Source of the DNA: Candidatus Eiseniibacteriota bacterium
GTDB lineage: Bacteria > Eisenbacteria > RBG-16-71-46 > SZUA-252
Length of the DNA: 64,000 bases
Assembly: GCA_031370645.1 (NCBI GenBank)
Contig: JANMQV010000152.1
Coordinates: 32,001 to 96,000, forward strand
Direction: 5' to 3'
Part shown: positions 9,410-19,959 of the stretch, piece by piece
Layout of the letters: every line of letters starts with the position of its first letter
How positions within the stretch are numbered: position 1 is the stretch's first letter
The notes under the pieces: generated by a model
Seen by the model: only the letters and a program-made list of their open reading frames with translations
What the model was told of the DNA's origin: nothing
Databases searched by the model: none
Position numbers and translations under genes: made by a program

Positions 9410-9532
9410 CATCCTTCGGGGCGGGGCGCAAGTCCCCACCGGCGGTACAGCCCGCGAGCCTGGGACCTTGGTCCTCGGCAGATCCGGTGCAACTCCGGAG
9501 CCGACCGTTACAGTCGGGATGGAAGAAGGATG
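9410..9532 (+). ncRNA. FMN riboswitch (RFN element)
   Basis: Matches the RFN consensus: CATCCTTCGGGGCGGGGCGCAAGTCCCCACCGGCGGTACAGCCCGCGAGC...GATCCGGTGCAACTCCGGAGCCGACCGTTACAGTCGGGATGGAAGAAGGATG. P1 is CATCCTTC/GAAGGATG and it lies directly upstream of ribD. Confidence 0.97.
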
Positions 9533-9570
9533 CAACGTTCGTCGGCGTTCGCGGCGTTAGACCGCGTGTG

Positions 9571-9599
9571 CCCCGCGGGTGTCTGCCTGCGGGGTTTTT
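9571..9599 (+). terminator. Riboswitch-controlled intrinsic terminator
   Basis: CCCCGCGGG-loop-CCTGCGGGG followed by TTTTT. Confidence 0.8.
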
Positions 9600-9601
9600 C
9601 T

Positions 9602-10777
9602 ATGCGGCTCGAGTCCGGGGCGGCGCGCGACGCGGCCCTCATCCACGAATCATCCGGCGGCGTTTCGGCGGCCGAGCGAACCGCGATGCGGGAGGCGATC
9701 CGCCTCGCGCGGCGCGGCGTCGGCGGCACGCATCCGAATCCGCGTGTCGGTGCGGTCGTGCTCACGGAGGGGCGTCCCGCGTCCCGCGGTTGGCACGCGC
9801 GAGCGGGCGAGGCGCACGCCGAGATCCGCGCGCTCGCGGATGCCGGCCCCCGCGCCCGCGGCGCCACGCTCGTCGTCACCCTCGAGCCGTGCGCCCACCA
9901 AGGCCGCACTCCTCCCTGTGCCGAAGCCATCCTCGCCTCCGGAATCCGCCGTGTCGTCGTGGGGATGGTCGATCCGAACCCCATCGTGAATGGCCGCGGA
10001 CTCGAGGCCCTTCGCGCGGCCGGCGTGGATGTCGTGGTCGGCGTGCTTGAAGAGGAGTGCCGCGCGCTGAACGGCCCGTACCTGAAAGCACTCGCGACGG
10101 GGCTCCCGTGGGTCACGTTGAAGGCGATGCTCTCCCTCGACGGCCGCATCGCGACCGACGCGGGCGATTCACGCGGCCTCGGCGGTGTCGAAGAGCAGCG
10201 GCTCTGCCACCGGCTTCGCGCCGAACACGACGCCGTGCTGATCGGAAGCGGCACGCTTCTCGCCGACGACCCGCTCCTCACCGTGCGGCTCGCTCGCGGG
10301 AGAACGCCCTGGCGCGTCGTGCTCGATTCCACGCTTCGGATGCCCGAGCGGGCCGCGATTCTCGGCACGACGGGTGATGCGCCTCTCATCGTGGCGACGG
10401 TATCGCGAGACGAGGCTCGAATCGCCGCGCTGGAAGCGCGCGGGGCCACGGTGTGGCGATTCGAACCGACCGACGCGGGAAAGGTGCCGCTTCGCCCTCT
10501 GCTCGAACGGCTGGCGAGCGAAGGGCGTTGCGCCCTCCTCGTGGAGGGAGGCACCGCGGTTCATACGTCGTTCCTCCGTGAGGGATGGGCCGACAGTGTC
10601 GCGGTCGGCATCGCGCCCGTTCTCCTGGGGGGCTCGGCGCCGCGCGCCTGGACCGGAGATCTCGGACGGGCGCGCCTCGGCGACGCGATCGAAATCGAAT
10701 CGGTTCGCTCGCGCCGCGTCGGCCGCGATCTCTGGATCGAAGGGACGATTCGCCGCGCGGAGGAAACGGGTGTTTAG
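9602..10777 (+). CDS. ribD: Riboflavin biosynthesis deaminase/reductase RibD (start uncertain: 9530, 9602 or 9686)
   Basis: PNPRVGAV, HAE, TLEPCAHQGRTPPC (Zn deaminase), SLDGRIA, DDPLLTVR and VEGG (reductase). Confidence 0.95.
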   Translation: MRLESGAARDAALIHESSGGVSAAERTAMREAIRLARRGVGGTHPNPRVGAVVLTEGRPASRGWHARAGEAHAEIRALADAGPRARGATLVVTLEPCAHQGRTPPCAEAILASGIRRVVVGMVDPNPIVNGRGLEALRAAGVDVVVGVLEEECRALNGPYLKALATGLPWVTLKAMLSLDGRIATDAGDSRGLGGVEEQRLCHRLRAEHDAVLIGSGTLLADDPLLTVRLARGRTPWRVVLDSTLRMPERAAILGTTGDAPLIVATVSRDEARIAALEARGATVWRFEPTDAGKVPLRPLLERLASEGRCALLVEGGTAVHTSFLREGWADSVAVGIAPVLLGGSAPRAWTGDLGRARLGDAIEIESVRSRRVGRDLWIEGTIRRAEETGV

Positions 10778-11402
10778 CGGGATCGTGGAGCGCGTCGGGA
10801 CCATCGAGCGTCGCGCCGAATCGAACGCGGGCGTGAGTTTTCACGTGCGCGCCGGGTTCGACCCCGCGCCGGCGCCCGGAGCGAGCATCGCGGTGCACGG
10901 CGTCTGCCTCACCGTCGAGCGCGCCTCCGAGGGAGCCTTCGACGTCACGGCGGTCGCGGAGACGCTCCGCCGGACGAATCTCGGCGCGCTCACGGAGGGC
11001 GCCCGCGTGAATCTCGAACGCGCGCTTCGCGTGGGGGACGAAATCGGCGGGCACTGGGTACAAGGGCACGTCGACGGACTCGGCACGGTGGCGGCGGTGG
11101 AGACGCGAGGCGGTGACGTGCGCGTCGCGATTGAAACGCCGGCGCCGCTCCGGCGTTATGTGGCCGAGAAAGGATCGATCACCGTGGACGGCATTAGCCT
11201 CACGGTCGCCGCTTGGGAGGATCCGCGCCTCGTCGTGGCGCTGATTCCGTACACGCTCGAACAGACCACCGCGTCGGCCTGGCGCCCGGGAACGCGAGTG
11301 AACCTTGAAGTAGACGTCGTGGCGCGTTACCTGGATCGCCTCCTCGCGGCACGCGCGGGCGAGGCGGAGGGCGCTGCCGCGCCGCAGACGGAGGCATCGT
11401 GA
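10770..11402 (+). CDS. ribE: Riboflavin synthase alpha chain
   Basis: GTG start giving [56 protein letters not shown]. Confidence 0.95.
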   Translation: MFSGIVERVGTIERRAESNAGVSFHVRAGFDPAPAPGASIAVHGVCLTVERASEGAFDVTAVAETLRRTNLGALTEGARVNLERALRVGDEIGGHWVQGHVDGLGTVAAVETRGGDVRVAIETPAPLRRYVAEKGSITVDGISLTVAAWEDPRLVVALIPYTLEQTTASAWRPGTRVNLEVDVVARYLDRLLAARAGEAEGAAAPQTEAS

Positions 11403-12718
11403 ACCGGGAGTCGAAGCGCAAGAACGGAGCGGGACCGCGGGGCCGCAAAGCCTCGGCGGGGGACGGCGTCGGAAAGATCGACGACGCGCTCCGCGCGCTC
11501 AAACGGGGCGAGATGGTCGTCGTCGTGGACGACGAAGACCGGGAGAACGAAGGCGACTTCGTGATGGCCGCCGAGAAGACGACGGCCGACGACGTGAATT
11601 TCATGACGCGAGAGGCGCGCGGACTCCTCTGTGTCTCGTTGCCGGGTGAGCGGCTGGAGCAATTGGGCCTCGGGCTCATGGCGCCGGCGAATACCGCTCG
11701 GTTCGCGACACCCTTCACCGTTTCGGTCGATCTCCTGCAAGGCACGACATCGGGTTCCTCCACGCGGGATCGCGCGCTCACGATTCGCGCCCTCGCTTCG
11801 GCCAAGACGAAGCCGGAAGCGCTCGCGCGACCGGGGCATGTCTTCCCGCTCAAGGCGGACGACCACGGCGTGCTCCGCCGTCCGGGGCACACGGAGGCGG
11901 CGCTCGACCTCGCGCGGTTGGCGGGGCTTCGACCGGCCGGCGTGCTCTGCGAAATTCTCGCGGCCGACGGCACCATGGCGCGGGGCCCCGAATTGATCCG
12001 GATCGCGAAGAAGCACGGCATGGTTCTCATCACCATCCGCGACCTCGTTCGCTACCGCTATCAGCGGGAGCGGCTCGTGAAGCGCATCGCTTCCTCGCGC
12101 CTTCCGACGAAGCACGGCATCTTCCGGGTCGTCGTCTATGAAAGCCCGCTCGACGGCGCGCACCATGTGGCGCTCGTCAAGGGAACGCCCTCCGCCTCGC
12201 GAGCCGATGTGGTTCGTCTTCATTCGCAATGCCTCACCGGCGACGTCTTCGGCTCGATGCGCTGCGATTGCGGCGAGCAGATGGTGGCGGCGCTCGAACG
12301 GATCGAAGAAGAAGGGGCTGGCGCCTTCCTCTACCTTCGCCAAGAAGGGCGGGGGATCGGGCTCGCCAACAAGCTCCGCGCGTACGAGCTTCAAGACATG
12401 GGGCTCGACACGGTGGAAGCGAACGTCCGGCTCGGCTTCGCGCCCGATCTCCGCGACTACGGCATCGCGGCGCAGATCCTGCGCGACCTCGGCTATGAGA
12501 AAGTGCGGCTCCTCACGAACAATCCTCAGAAGGTCGACGCGCTCCGCGACTACGGCATCGCCGTGGAGGAGCGAGAGCCGATCGAGATCCTCCCGAATTC
12601 GGTGAACGAGCGATATCTCCGGACGAAGCGGGAGCGGATGGGGCACCTCTTGAAGAATCCGCTCCTTCGCGAAGCGGCCGCCGCGCACGGGAACGGCCGA
12701 CGGGGACGGGGCGCGTGA
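11399..12718 (+). CDS. ribBA: Bifunctional DHBP synthase / GTP cyclohydrolase II
   Basis: [65 protein letters not shown]. Confidence 0.97.
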   Translation: MNRESKRKNGAGPRGRKASAGDGVGKIDDALRALKRGEMVVVVDDEDRENEGDFVMAAEKTTADDVNFMTREARGLLCVSLPGERLEQLGLGLMAPANTARFATPFTVSVDLLQGTTSGSSTRDRALTIRALASAKTKPEALARPGHVFPLKADDHGVLRRPGHTEAALDLARLAGLRPAGVLCEILAADGTMARGPELIRIAKKHGMVLITIRDLVRYRYQRERLVKRIASSRLPTKHGIFRVVVYESPLDGAHHVALVKGTPSASRADVVRLHSQCLTGDVFGSMRCDCGEQMVAALERIEEEGAGAFLYLRQEGRGIGLANKLRAYELQDMGLDTVEANVRLGFAPDLRDYGIAAQILRDLGYEKVRLLTNNPQKVDALRDYGIAVEEREPIEILPNSVNERYLRTKRERMGHLLKNPLLREAAAAHGNGRRGRGA

Positions 12719-13257
12719 GCCCGGTTCGTCCGCTCGGCCGACGGGGAGGGGAAGTCTTTTCCGTCCCTCGCGGTGCGCGGCTATTCGTCGGGAATCCCGC
12801 CGCTGGGCGGGGACTTCGCGTCGCGATCGTCGCGTCCCGCTTCAACGACCGGATCACGGCTCGGCTTCTCGAAGGCGCGTTCGGCGCGCTCGAGGCGGCC
12901 GGTGTTCGCGCGAAAGACCTGGCCGTGACGTTCGTGCCCGGGGCATTCGAACTTCCGTTCACGGCCCGAACCCTGGCGGCCTCGCGGCGCTACGACGCGA
13001 TCGTCTGCTTAGGAGCCGTCGTTCGGGGCGGCACGCCCCACTTCGACTACGTGGCGGGCGAGGCGTCGCGCGGGATCGCGCGCGCTTCCGAGGGGACCGG
13101 CGTTCCGGTTCTCTTCGGCGTGCTGACGACCGACAACGAGCGGCAGGCGCTCGACCGCTCCGGCGGCCGGCTCGGAAATCGCGGAGCCGACGCGGCCCGC
13201 GCCGCGATCGAGATGGCGCAGGTCGCCCGGCAGCTCCGGGGAAGGAGACGAGCATGA
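12715..13257 (+). CDS. ribH: 6,7-dimethyl-8-ribityllumazine synthase
   Basis: [46 protein letters not shown]. Confidence 0.95.
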   Translation: MSPVRPLGRRGGEVFSVPRGARLFVGNPAAGRGLRVAIVASRFNDRITARLLEGAFGALEAAGVRAKDLAVTFVPGAFELPFTARTLAASRRYDAIVCLGAVVRGGTPHFDYVAGEASRGIARASEGTGVPVLFGVLTTDNERQALDRSGGRLGNRGADAARAAIEMAQVARQLRGRRRA

Positions 13258-13670
13258 CCTCCCGCCGGCAGGGACGAGAACTCGCCTTTCGCGCCGTCTA
13301 TCAGGCGGACGTGACGGGGGAGACCCCGAACCATTGCCTCGAGGAGATTCTCGAAGAGACGCCCTCCTCGGACGAAATTCGCCTCTTCGCCGCCACGCTC
13401 GTGTCGGAATTGGAGGAACATCGCGACAACGTCGACGCCATCGTCTCACGGACGGCTCATAATTGGCCGCTTCGCCGCATGGCCGCGACCGACCGCTCCG
13501 TGATCCGCGTGGCCGTCGTGGAACTGCTCCATCACGCGGAGACGCCGACGCGGGTCGCCCTCGACGAAGCGATCGAAATCGCGAAGAAATACGGCTCGGA
13601 AACGTCGGGATCGTTCGTGAACGGAATCCTTGACCGAATCGCCCACGACGAGCGACCCTCCGCGGGATGA
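13254..13670 (+). CDS. nusB: Transcription antitermination factor NusB
   Basis: RRQGRELAFRAVYQ, NWPLRRM, DEAIEIAKKYG, FVNGILD; canonical position after ribH. Confidence 0.95.
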   Translation: MTSRRQGRELAFRAVYQADVTGETPNHCLEEILEETPSSDEIRLFAATLVSELEEHRDNVDAIVSRTAHNWPLRRMAATDRSVIRVAVVELLHHAETPTRVALDEAIEIAKKYGSETSGSFVNGILDRIAHDERPSAG

Positions 13671-14392
13671 TCACCGTTTTCCTGTCCGACATTCACGGCA
13701 ATCTCGAGGCGCTCCAGGCGGTCCTCGCGGCCGTCGACACCTACGCACCCGACCGGATCGTCTGCCTCGGCGACGTCGTCGGCTACGGCGCGAGCCCGAA
13801 CGAGTGCCTCGACCTGGTTCGCTCCCGCTGCAAGACCGTTCTCCTGGGCAATCACGACGCGGCGGCGAGCGGTGGGCCGGAGATCGCCCGGTTCAATATC
13901 CACGCGCGGGTCGCCGCCGAGTGGACGAGCCGTGTGCTGACTCGGGAGAACCGCGAATTCCTCCAGCGCCTCCCCCTCACGTTCGACGGGAACGGCTTTC
14001 TCTGCGTCCACGCCTCGCCGGCCACGCCGCGCGATTGGGAGTACCTGCTCGATCGCTTCGACGCCGAGCCGCAGTTCGCCTACTTCAACGTGCCGGTCTG
14101 CTTCATCGGGCATACGCACCAGCCGGCGATTTTCATGGCCGATCCGGCGGGGTGCCGCTCGCTCCCGGTCGGATCGCTCTCGCTCGACCCACAACGCCGC
14201 TACATCGTGAACGTGGGGAGCGTCGGCCAGCCGCGCGACCGCGATCCTCGCGCCTGCTTCGTGGTCTATCACGAACTGGCGAGTCGCATCGAATACGTCC
14301 GCGTCGCCTATCCGGTCGAGTTGGCCCAGGAACGGATCCGAGCCGCGCGTCTTCCCGAGGTCCTGGCCACCCGCCTCGCCACGGGGGAATAA
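13667..14392 (+). CDS. Calcineurin-like metallophosphoesterase (YfcE/MJ0936-like)
   Basis: SDIHGN, LGDVVGYG, GNHD, GHTH, NVGSVGQPRD motifs. Confidence 0.9.
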   Translation: MITVFLSDIHGNLEALQAVLAAVDTYAPDRIVCLGDVVGYGASPNECLDLVRSRCKTVLLGNHDAAASGGPEIARFNIHARVAAEWTSRVLTRENREFLQRLPLTFDGNGFLCVHASPATPRDWEYLLDRFDAEPQFAYFNVPVCFIGHTHQPAIFMADPAGCRSLPVGSLSLDPQRRYIVNVGSVGQPRDRDPRACFVVYHELASRIEYVRVAYPVELAQERIRAARLPEVLATRLATGE

Positions 14393-14393
14393 C

Positions 14394-15197
14394 GTGGCGC
14401 CCCGCGCTTCCACCGAAGAACACTGGAATCGATTCTGGACCGAACGCGCCGATATCGACGCGGTCTATCCGACGGACGGCCGCGTGGTGGAACAGATCGT
14501 GGCCGAGGGCTCGGTGGCGGGGAAGCGGATCATGGAGGTCGGTGCGGGATCGGGGCGCGACAGCGTGCGGCTCGCCGCTGCGGGCGCCACGGCCGTGATC
14601 CTCGACTACTCCGTCCCCTCCCTCGAGACGGCGCGCCGCGTCGCCGAACGGGAGGGAGTCCGCGCGCACTTCGTCCGCGCCGACGCGCTCCGGCTCCCGT
14701 TCCGCGATGGGGCGTTCGACGTCGTCTTCCACCAGGGATTGCTGGAGCACTTCCGCGATCCGGCGCCGCTCCTTCGCGAGAATGTGCGCGTCCTGGCGCC
14801 CGGCGCGCTCCTCTTGGTCGACGTTCCGCAGCGATTCCATCTCTATACCGTGGCGAAGCACGTCCTCATCGCCATGGGGAAGTGGTTCGCCGGCTGGGAG
14901 ACAGAATTCTCGATCGGAGAGCTGGAGCGCGCCATGCGAGGGGCCGGCGTGAGGATCACGAGCCGCTACGGCGCGTGGATGATTCCCGGCCTCTTCTACC
15001 GCGGACTCCGCCTCGTTCTCTTGAAGTTTGGTCTGGCGCGGCTTCCGCTCTACCCGCCGCCCGTGCCGATCGTCACGCCGGTCTCGCGGGCGCTCCGCCG
15101 CGCGTGGGAGCAAACCCCCTTCGCGATCCACACCTACTTCGTGATCGGAGCGCTCGGCCGGAAGGATGGCGGCGGGGCGACGCCGCGCCGCGCTTGA
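14394..15197 (+). CDS. Class I SAM-dependent methyltransferase
   Basis: MEVGAGSG motif I, DALRLPFRDGAFDVV, LLEHF, RVLAPGA. Confidence 0.85.
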   Translation: MAPRASTEEHWNRFWTERADIDAVYPTDGRVVEQIVAEGSVAGKRIMEVGAGSGRDSVRLAAAGATAVILDYSVPSLETARRVAEREGVRAHFVRADALRLPFRDGAFDVVFHQGLLEHFRDPAPLLRENVRVLAPGALLLVDVPQRFHLYTVAKHVLIAMGKWFAGWETEFSIGELERAMRGAGVRITSRYGAWMIPGLFYRGLRLVLLKFGLARLPLYPPPVPIVTPVSRALRRAWEQTPFAIHTYFVIGALGRKDGGGATPRRA

Positions 15198-16315
15198 GAA
15201 TCGTCGCCCTGAACTGGCGCGATCCGCGGCACCCGGAAGCGGGCGGCGCCGAACTCCACCTTCTCGAGATCCTCAAGCGCTGCGTTCGCGACGGCGATCA
15301 GGTCACCTGGCTCGCCGAAGCATTCCCCGGCGCCGCCGCCGAGGACGTGGTGGAGGGCATCCGAATCGCTCGCGCGGGCACGTGGTACAATGCCCACCTT
15401 GCCCTCGGAGCGCTCTATCGCGCACGGTATCGGAGGGAGCGCGTCGATTTGGTGCTCGAGGACATCAACAAGGTGCCGTTCTTCACACCGCTCTTCGCGC
15501 GCGCCCCGGTGCTCGCGGTGGTGCCTCACCTCTTCGGCGCAACCGTCTTTCGCGAGGCACCGATTCCGGTCGGCGCCGTCGTCTGGGCCCACGAATCACT
15601 CCTCCCCTTCGTCTACCGACACACTCCCTTTCTCGCCATCTCCGACAGCACTCGTGAGGATCTCGTCCGCCGGGGAATCGCGCGCGAACGGATCTCCGTC
15701 GTCCGCTGCGGGCTCGATCAGAGCGCCTATGCCGTCACGATGCCTCCCGAGGCGCGCGGCCCTGTTGTGGCGTTCCTGGGGCGACTCCGAAAGTACAAGG
15801 GAGCGCAGTTCGTCCTCCGCGCCTTTCCCGCGGTCCTCGCGGCGGTCCCCGAGGCTCGCCTCGACGTGATCGGCGACGGACCCTATCGCGCGGAGCTCGA
15901 GCGGCTCGCCAACCGACTCGGCATCGCGTCGCGCGTTCGGTTTCTCGGCGCGCTCTCGCACGCGGCCAAGGTGGCCGCCTTGAACGAGGCGCAGGTCGCG
16001 ACCTGCCCCTCGCCCAAGGAAGGGTGGGGACTCACCGTCATCGAGGCGAACGCCTGCGGTGCCCCGGTCGTGGCGAGTCGAAGTCCCGGTCTCGTGGAAT
16101 CGGTCCGCGACGGCGAGACGGGACTCCTCGTCCCGCATGGAGACGTCCCGGCGCTGGCCGCCGGCATCACGCGGCTCCTTCGCGATCGCTCGGAGCGGCT
16201 CCGGATGGCGGAGGCGGGAAGTCGCTGGGCCGCGACGTTCGATTGGGAGACCTGTTATCGCGAGAGCCGCGCCTGTTTCGCGCGCGCGGCGGCGTCGCGG
16301 GGAGCGGCCGCGTGA
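15194..16315 (+). CDS. Glycosyltransferase family 4
   Basis: TTG start overlapping the previous stop; MRIVALNWRDPRHPEAGGAE, GRLRKYKG, EGWGLTVIEANACGAPVV. Confidence 0.9.
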   Translation: MRIVALNWRDPRHPEAGGAELHLLEILKRCVRDGDQVTWLAEAFPGAAAEDVVEGIRIARAGTWYNAHLALGALYRARYRRERVDLVLEDINKVPFFTPLFARAPVLAVVPHLFGATVFREAPIPVGAVVWAHESLLPFVYRHTPFLAISDSTREDLVRRGIARERISVVRCGLDQSAYAVTMPPEARGPVVAFLGRLRKYKGAQFVLRAFPAVLAAVPEARLDVIGDGPYRAELERLANRLGIASRVRFLGALSHAAKVAALNEAQVATCPSPKEGWGLTVIEANACGAPVVASRSPGLVESVRDGETGLLVPHGDVPALAAGITRLLRDRSERLRMAEAGSRWAATFDWETCYRESRACFARAAASRGAAA

Positions 16316-17361
16316 CGCCGCGCTGGGGCGAGTTCTTCAAGCGCTACAAACTTCTCCTCGTGGGGGTGAAGATCGGGCTCTCCCTCGCGCTCTTCGCCTA
16401 CGTCGTGGCGAAGGTTTCGCCCGGAAACGTCTGGGCGGTGGTCCGCCACGCCAATCCCACCTATCTCGGCGCCGCGGCGGCGCTCTTCGTCTTCTCGAAT
16501 CTGGTCGGTTCGTGGCTCTGGGCGAGGCTCCTGCGCGCGCAGGGGGTGAACATCCCGTATCGAAACGCGGCCGCTTACTATTTCGTCGGCCTCTTCTTCA
16601 ACAATTTCCTCCCGTCGAACATCGGCGGCGACATCGCGCGGATCAGCGACGCCTCGAAGCACGCGACGAACGTCAGTTCGGTGTTCTCCGCCACGCTCAT
16701 GGATCGGCTCCTCGGCGTCGTTTCGATCGCGCTCCTCGCCGTCATCGCGTCGTTCGCCTCGCTCGATCGGTTCCACCTCTACGCCATCTACGGCGGAATC
16801 GTGCTCGTCTTCGTCACCTCGCTCGCGCTCTTTCTCAGCATTTTCCACCGCGGGGTGTTGAAGGCGTTCGAGTGGCCGTTCCGTGTGCTGGGGCTCCGAA
16901 AGGTAGAGGAGGGGATCGGACGCCTGCTCGACGACCTCCACGGGTTCCGGAACGAGAAGGCGGCGCTCCGGGCGGCGTTCCTGGCCAGCTCGCTCGTGCA
17001 GATCAGCCGGATCTATGTCCATTACCTGGTTGGCCTTTCCCTGGGAGTCCAGCTCGCGGCGGGGTACTATTTCCTCTTCGTGCCCGTTTTGGCCGCCCTG
17101 GTCTCTCTTCCGATTTCTATGAACGGACTCGGGATCCGGGAGGGGGCGTCGGTGGTTCTATTTCAGATGGCCGGGCTGACGCGGGAGCAAGCGTTCACGA
17201 TCCCGTTCGTCACCTATCTCATGTCGGTGTTCATCAGCCTTCTCGGCGGTTTCATTTTCGTCACGCGGTCGCCTCGTCGCGCCTTGGCTCGGAAACTCGA
17301 AGCGAGACGGGAGAAGCGGGCGGAGAAAGCCGCCTCCATCGGTAGGGAGGACTCTCGGTGA
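16312..17361 (+). CDS. Lysylphosphatidylglycerol synthase TM-like (flippase-like) membrane protein
   Basis: Multi-TM protein with FFNNFLPSNIGGD, DRLLG and LPISMNGLGIRE motifs. Confidence 0.85.
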   Translation: MTPRWGEFFKRYKLLLVGVKIGLSLALFAYVVAKVSPGNVWAVVRHANPTYLGAAAALFVFSNLVGSWLWARLLRAQGVNIPYRNAAAYYFVGLFFNNFLPSNIGGDIARISDASKHATNVSSVFSATLMDRLLGVVSIALLAVIASFASLDRFHLYAIYGGIVLVFVTSLALFLSIFHRGVLKAFEWPFRVLGLRKVEEGIGRLLDDLHGFRNEKAALRAAFLASSLVQISRIYVHYLVGLSLGVQLAAGYYFLFVPVLAALVSLPISMNGLGIREGASVVLFQMAGLTREQAFTIPFVTYLMSVFISLLGGFIFVTRSPRRALARKLEARREKRAEKAASIGREDSR

Positions 17362-19952
17362 ATTCATGGAAGCGCTGGCACGCGATCTTCGGCGCGCTCG
17401 CCTTGGGCGTACCGCTCTTCGTGTTCCTTCGCACGCTCACGGTCACGGTCCCGTTCTGGGATTCGGGCGAGTACATCGCCACATCCCGCATTCTCGGCCT
17501 TCCGCACCCGCCGGGGAACCCGGTCTACACGATGCTCGGGCGCATGCTGACGCTCATCCCCATCGCGAGCATCGCCCAGCGCGTGAACTTCATGAGCGCC
17601 CTCGCGTCGGCGCTGACCTGCTTCTTCACCTATCTTGTCGTGGTCCGCGCGCTTCGCCGCACGTTCGAGGATCGCTTCGAGTCGGGCGCCGCCTGGGTCG
17701 CCTGCTTGGTTGGAGGATTGACGGCCGCGTTCTTCGTCGCGTTCTCCTCGTCGTTCTGGGACAGCGCCATCGAAGCCGAAGTCTATTCGCTCTCCTCGGC
17801 GCTCATCGCCTTTACGATGTGGCTCGCGTTCCGCTGGTGGGACCGCCTCGATCAGCCGGGGAACGACAAACTGCTGATCCTCGTCACGTACATTCTCGGA
17901 GTCTCGACGGGCGTTCACCTCGGCACGATCCTCGTGGCGCCGGGGCTCCTGTTCCTTCTCGCGCTCATCCGTCCGACGATCTTCACGTCGGGCCGTTTCT
18001 GGGCTTCCGCGCTCCTCCTCCTCGGCACCCTCGCGTTTCTCGGGATCACGGAGGCTTCGGGCTGGAGTCCGCCGCTTCTGGTGCTCATCCTCCTCATCGG
18101 GGGTCTCGCCGCCTTTCTCATCTCGCGACGCGACCGGCTGGTGCGCGACAACCTGGCCACCTGGTGGGCGCTCGCGGTGCTGGTCGGATTTTCGGTGCAG
18201 CTCTTCCTTCTCATCCGTAGCCAGCAGATGCCGGCCATCAACGAGGGAAGCCCCTCCACGTTCGAGGCCTGGAAGGACTATCTCCTCCGGAAGCAGTACG
18301 GTCCGTCGAATCCGTTCGATCGCCGCGCCGACCTCTGGTTCCAGATCACGCACATGTACTTCCGCTACGTCGGGGAGCAGTGGAAGATCATCAACAAGAT
18401 CGGCTCCCTGGACATCCAATCGTTCTGGGTTCGCCTCGTGAACATGCTTCCCTTCGCTCTCGCGTTCCTCGGGGCGTGGTGGAACGCCCAGCGCGACAAG
18501 AAGACCTTCTGGTTCTTCGTCGCGCAAAACGTCATCATGGCGCCCTTCCTGATTTTCTATCTCAATTTCACCGACCACGAGGTGCGGGAGCGCGACTACT
18601 TCTTCACCAACTCCTACCACTTCATCGCCATCTGGATCGGAATGGGGGCCGCCGCGCTCCTCCATTCGGTCGTGGAGGCGATCGCGCCGGCGGGAGCGAG
18701 GGCCGCGCCGCCGCCGCGCCCGGCCGCCGCCCTGGCGGAAGGGGCGGGGAGTTCGGAGCCGGGGCCGCTTCCGGCCGCGCCGGCTGCCGCCTGGATCGTC
18801 GGCATCGCGCTCATCGGCTTCTCGGCGCTGCCGGCTCGCGCCGGATGGTTCGAGCACGACCGGTCGAATTTCTGGATCGCGCAGAACTACGCCTACAACA
18901 TGCTCGCCCCGCTCGCGCCGAACTCGATCGTCATGACGAATGGCGACAACGACACCTTCCCGCTCTGGTACATCCAGGAGGTGGAAGGATTCCGGAAAGA
19001 CATCCGAGTCGTGAACATGAGCCTCCTGAACACGCCCTGGTACATCCTCCAGTTGAAGAATCTCGAGCCGAAGGTCCCCTTCAGTTACACCGACGCGGAG
19101 ATCGAGAAGCTCTACCCCTACCTCGACGAAAAATCGGGGCAGGTCGTCTGGGTGAAGGACCTCGCCGTGAAGAACATGATGGCGGCGAACGCCTGGAATA
19201 AGCCCGTCTACTTGGCCGTCACCGTTCCCGATCAGATGGGGATGGACAAGCAACTGACGCTCGAGGGGCTGGTCTATCGGATCTCCCCCCAGCCCGTCAC
19301 GAACGAGATCGATCTCAACCGGACCATGAAGAACCTCTACGAGGTCTTCAGATATCGCGGGCTCCTTGACGCGAATCGGAATTTCGACAAGGCGGTGTAT
19401 AAGGACGATAACGCGATGCGCCTGGTGCAGAACTATTCGGCGGCGCACGTCCAGGTGGCCTATCAGCTCCAGTCGCAGCAGCGCCCGGCGGAGGCGATCA
19501 AGGTTCTCGAGGACGCGCGGAAGATCTCTCCCGACTTCCCGGGTCTGCTCGAATATCTGGGCCGTCTCTACGACCAGACCGGGAATCCAGCGAAGGCGGA
19601 GGCGTACTACCGCGAGGGCCTGGAGCGATTCCCGAGTTCGCCCGAGTTCTACTTCCATCTCGGCACGCTCGCCTACCGGCAAGGCAAAGTCGACGAGGCC
19701 GTGCAACTCCTCCGCCGCGCGACCGAGCTGAGCCAGCAATACTTCGATTGGTACAGCGCGCTCTTCACGGTCCTCTGGCAGACGGGGCAGAAGGCGGAAG
19801 CGATCGATGTCCTCCGCAACTGGCTCCGCGCCCATCCCGAGGATCAGCAGACGTCGGAGGAGATCAAGCGCTTCGAGGATTCGCTCCGGACCGCTCCGCC
19901 GGGATTGCAGGACAAGTTGCGAACCTCCGGCTCGCGGGCCTTGGTTCGTTGA
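17358..19952 (+). CDS. DUF2723/TMEM260-like GT-C membrane protein with C-terminal TPRs
   Basis: FWDSGEYI...LGLPHPPGNPVY, AIEAEVY, EVRERDYFF, NGDNDTFPLWYIQEVEG; many TM helices; TPRs near the C-terminus. Confidence 0.88.
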   Translation: MNSWKRWHAIFGALALGVPLFVFLRTLTVTVPFWDSGEYIATSRILGLPHPPGNPVYTMLGRMLTLIPIASIAQRVNFMSALASALTCFFTYLVVVRALRRTFEDRFESGAAWVACLVGGLTAAFFVAFSSSFWDSAIEAEVYSLSSALIAFTMWLAFRWWDRLDQPGNDKLLILVTYILGVSTGVHLGTILVAPGLLFLLALIRPTIFTSGRFWASALLLLGTLAFLGITEASGWSPPLLVLILLIGGLAAFLISRRDRLVRDNLATWWALAVLVGFSVQLFLLIRSQQMPAINEGSPSTFEAWKDYLLRKQYGPSNPFDRRADLWFQITHMYFRYVGEQWKIINKIGSLDIQSFWVRLVNMLPFALAFLGAWWNAQRDKKTFWFFVAQNVIMAPFLIFYLNFTDHEVRERDYFFTNSYHFIAIWIGMGAAALLHSVVEAIAPAGARAAPPPRPAAALAEGAGSSEPGPLPAAPAAAWIVGIALIGFSALPARAGWFEHDRSNFWIAQNYAYNMLAPLAPNSIVMTNGDNDTFPLWYIQEVEGFRKDIRVVNMSLLNTPWYILQLKNLEPKVPFSYTDAEIEKLYPYLDEKSGQVVWVKDLAVKNMMAANAWNKPVYLAVTVPDQMGMDKQLTLEGLVYRISPQPVTNEIDLNRTMKNLYEVFRYRGLLDANRNFDKAVYKDDNAMRLVQNYSAAHVQVAYQLQSQQRPAEAIKVLEDARKISPDFPGLLEYLGRLYDQTGNPAKAEAYYREGLERFPSSPEFYFHLGTLAYRQGKVDEAVQLLRRATELSQQYFDWYSALFTVLWQTGQKAEAIDVLRNWLRAHPEDQQTSEEIKRFEDSLRTAPPGLQDKLRTSGSRALVR

Positions 19953-19959
19953 GAGGCCG

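Noticed and set aside
12220-12275. HSQC instead of HSEC in GTP cyclohydrolase II as a sign of inactivation
   Set aside because: All three Zn-binding Cys and the other motifs are intact, and this position varies naturally.
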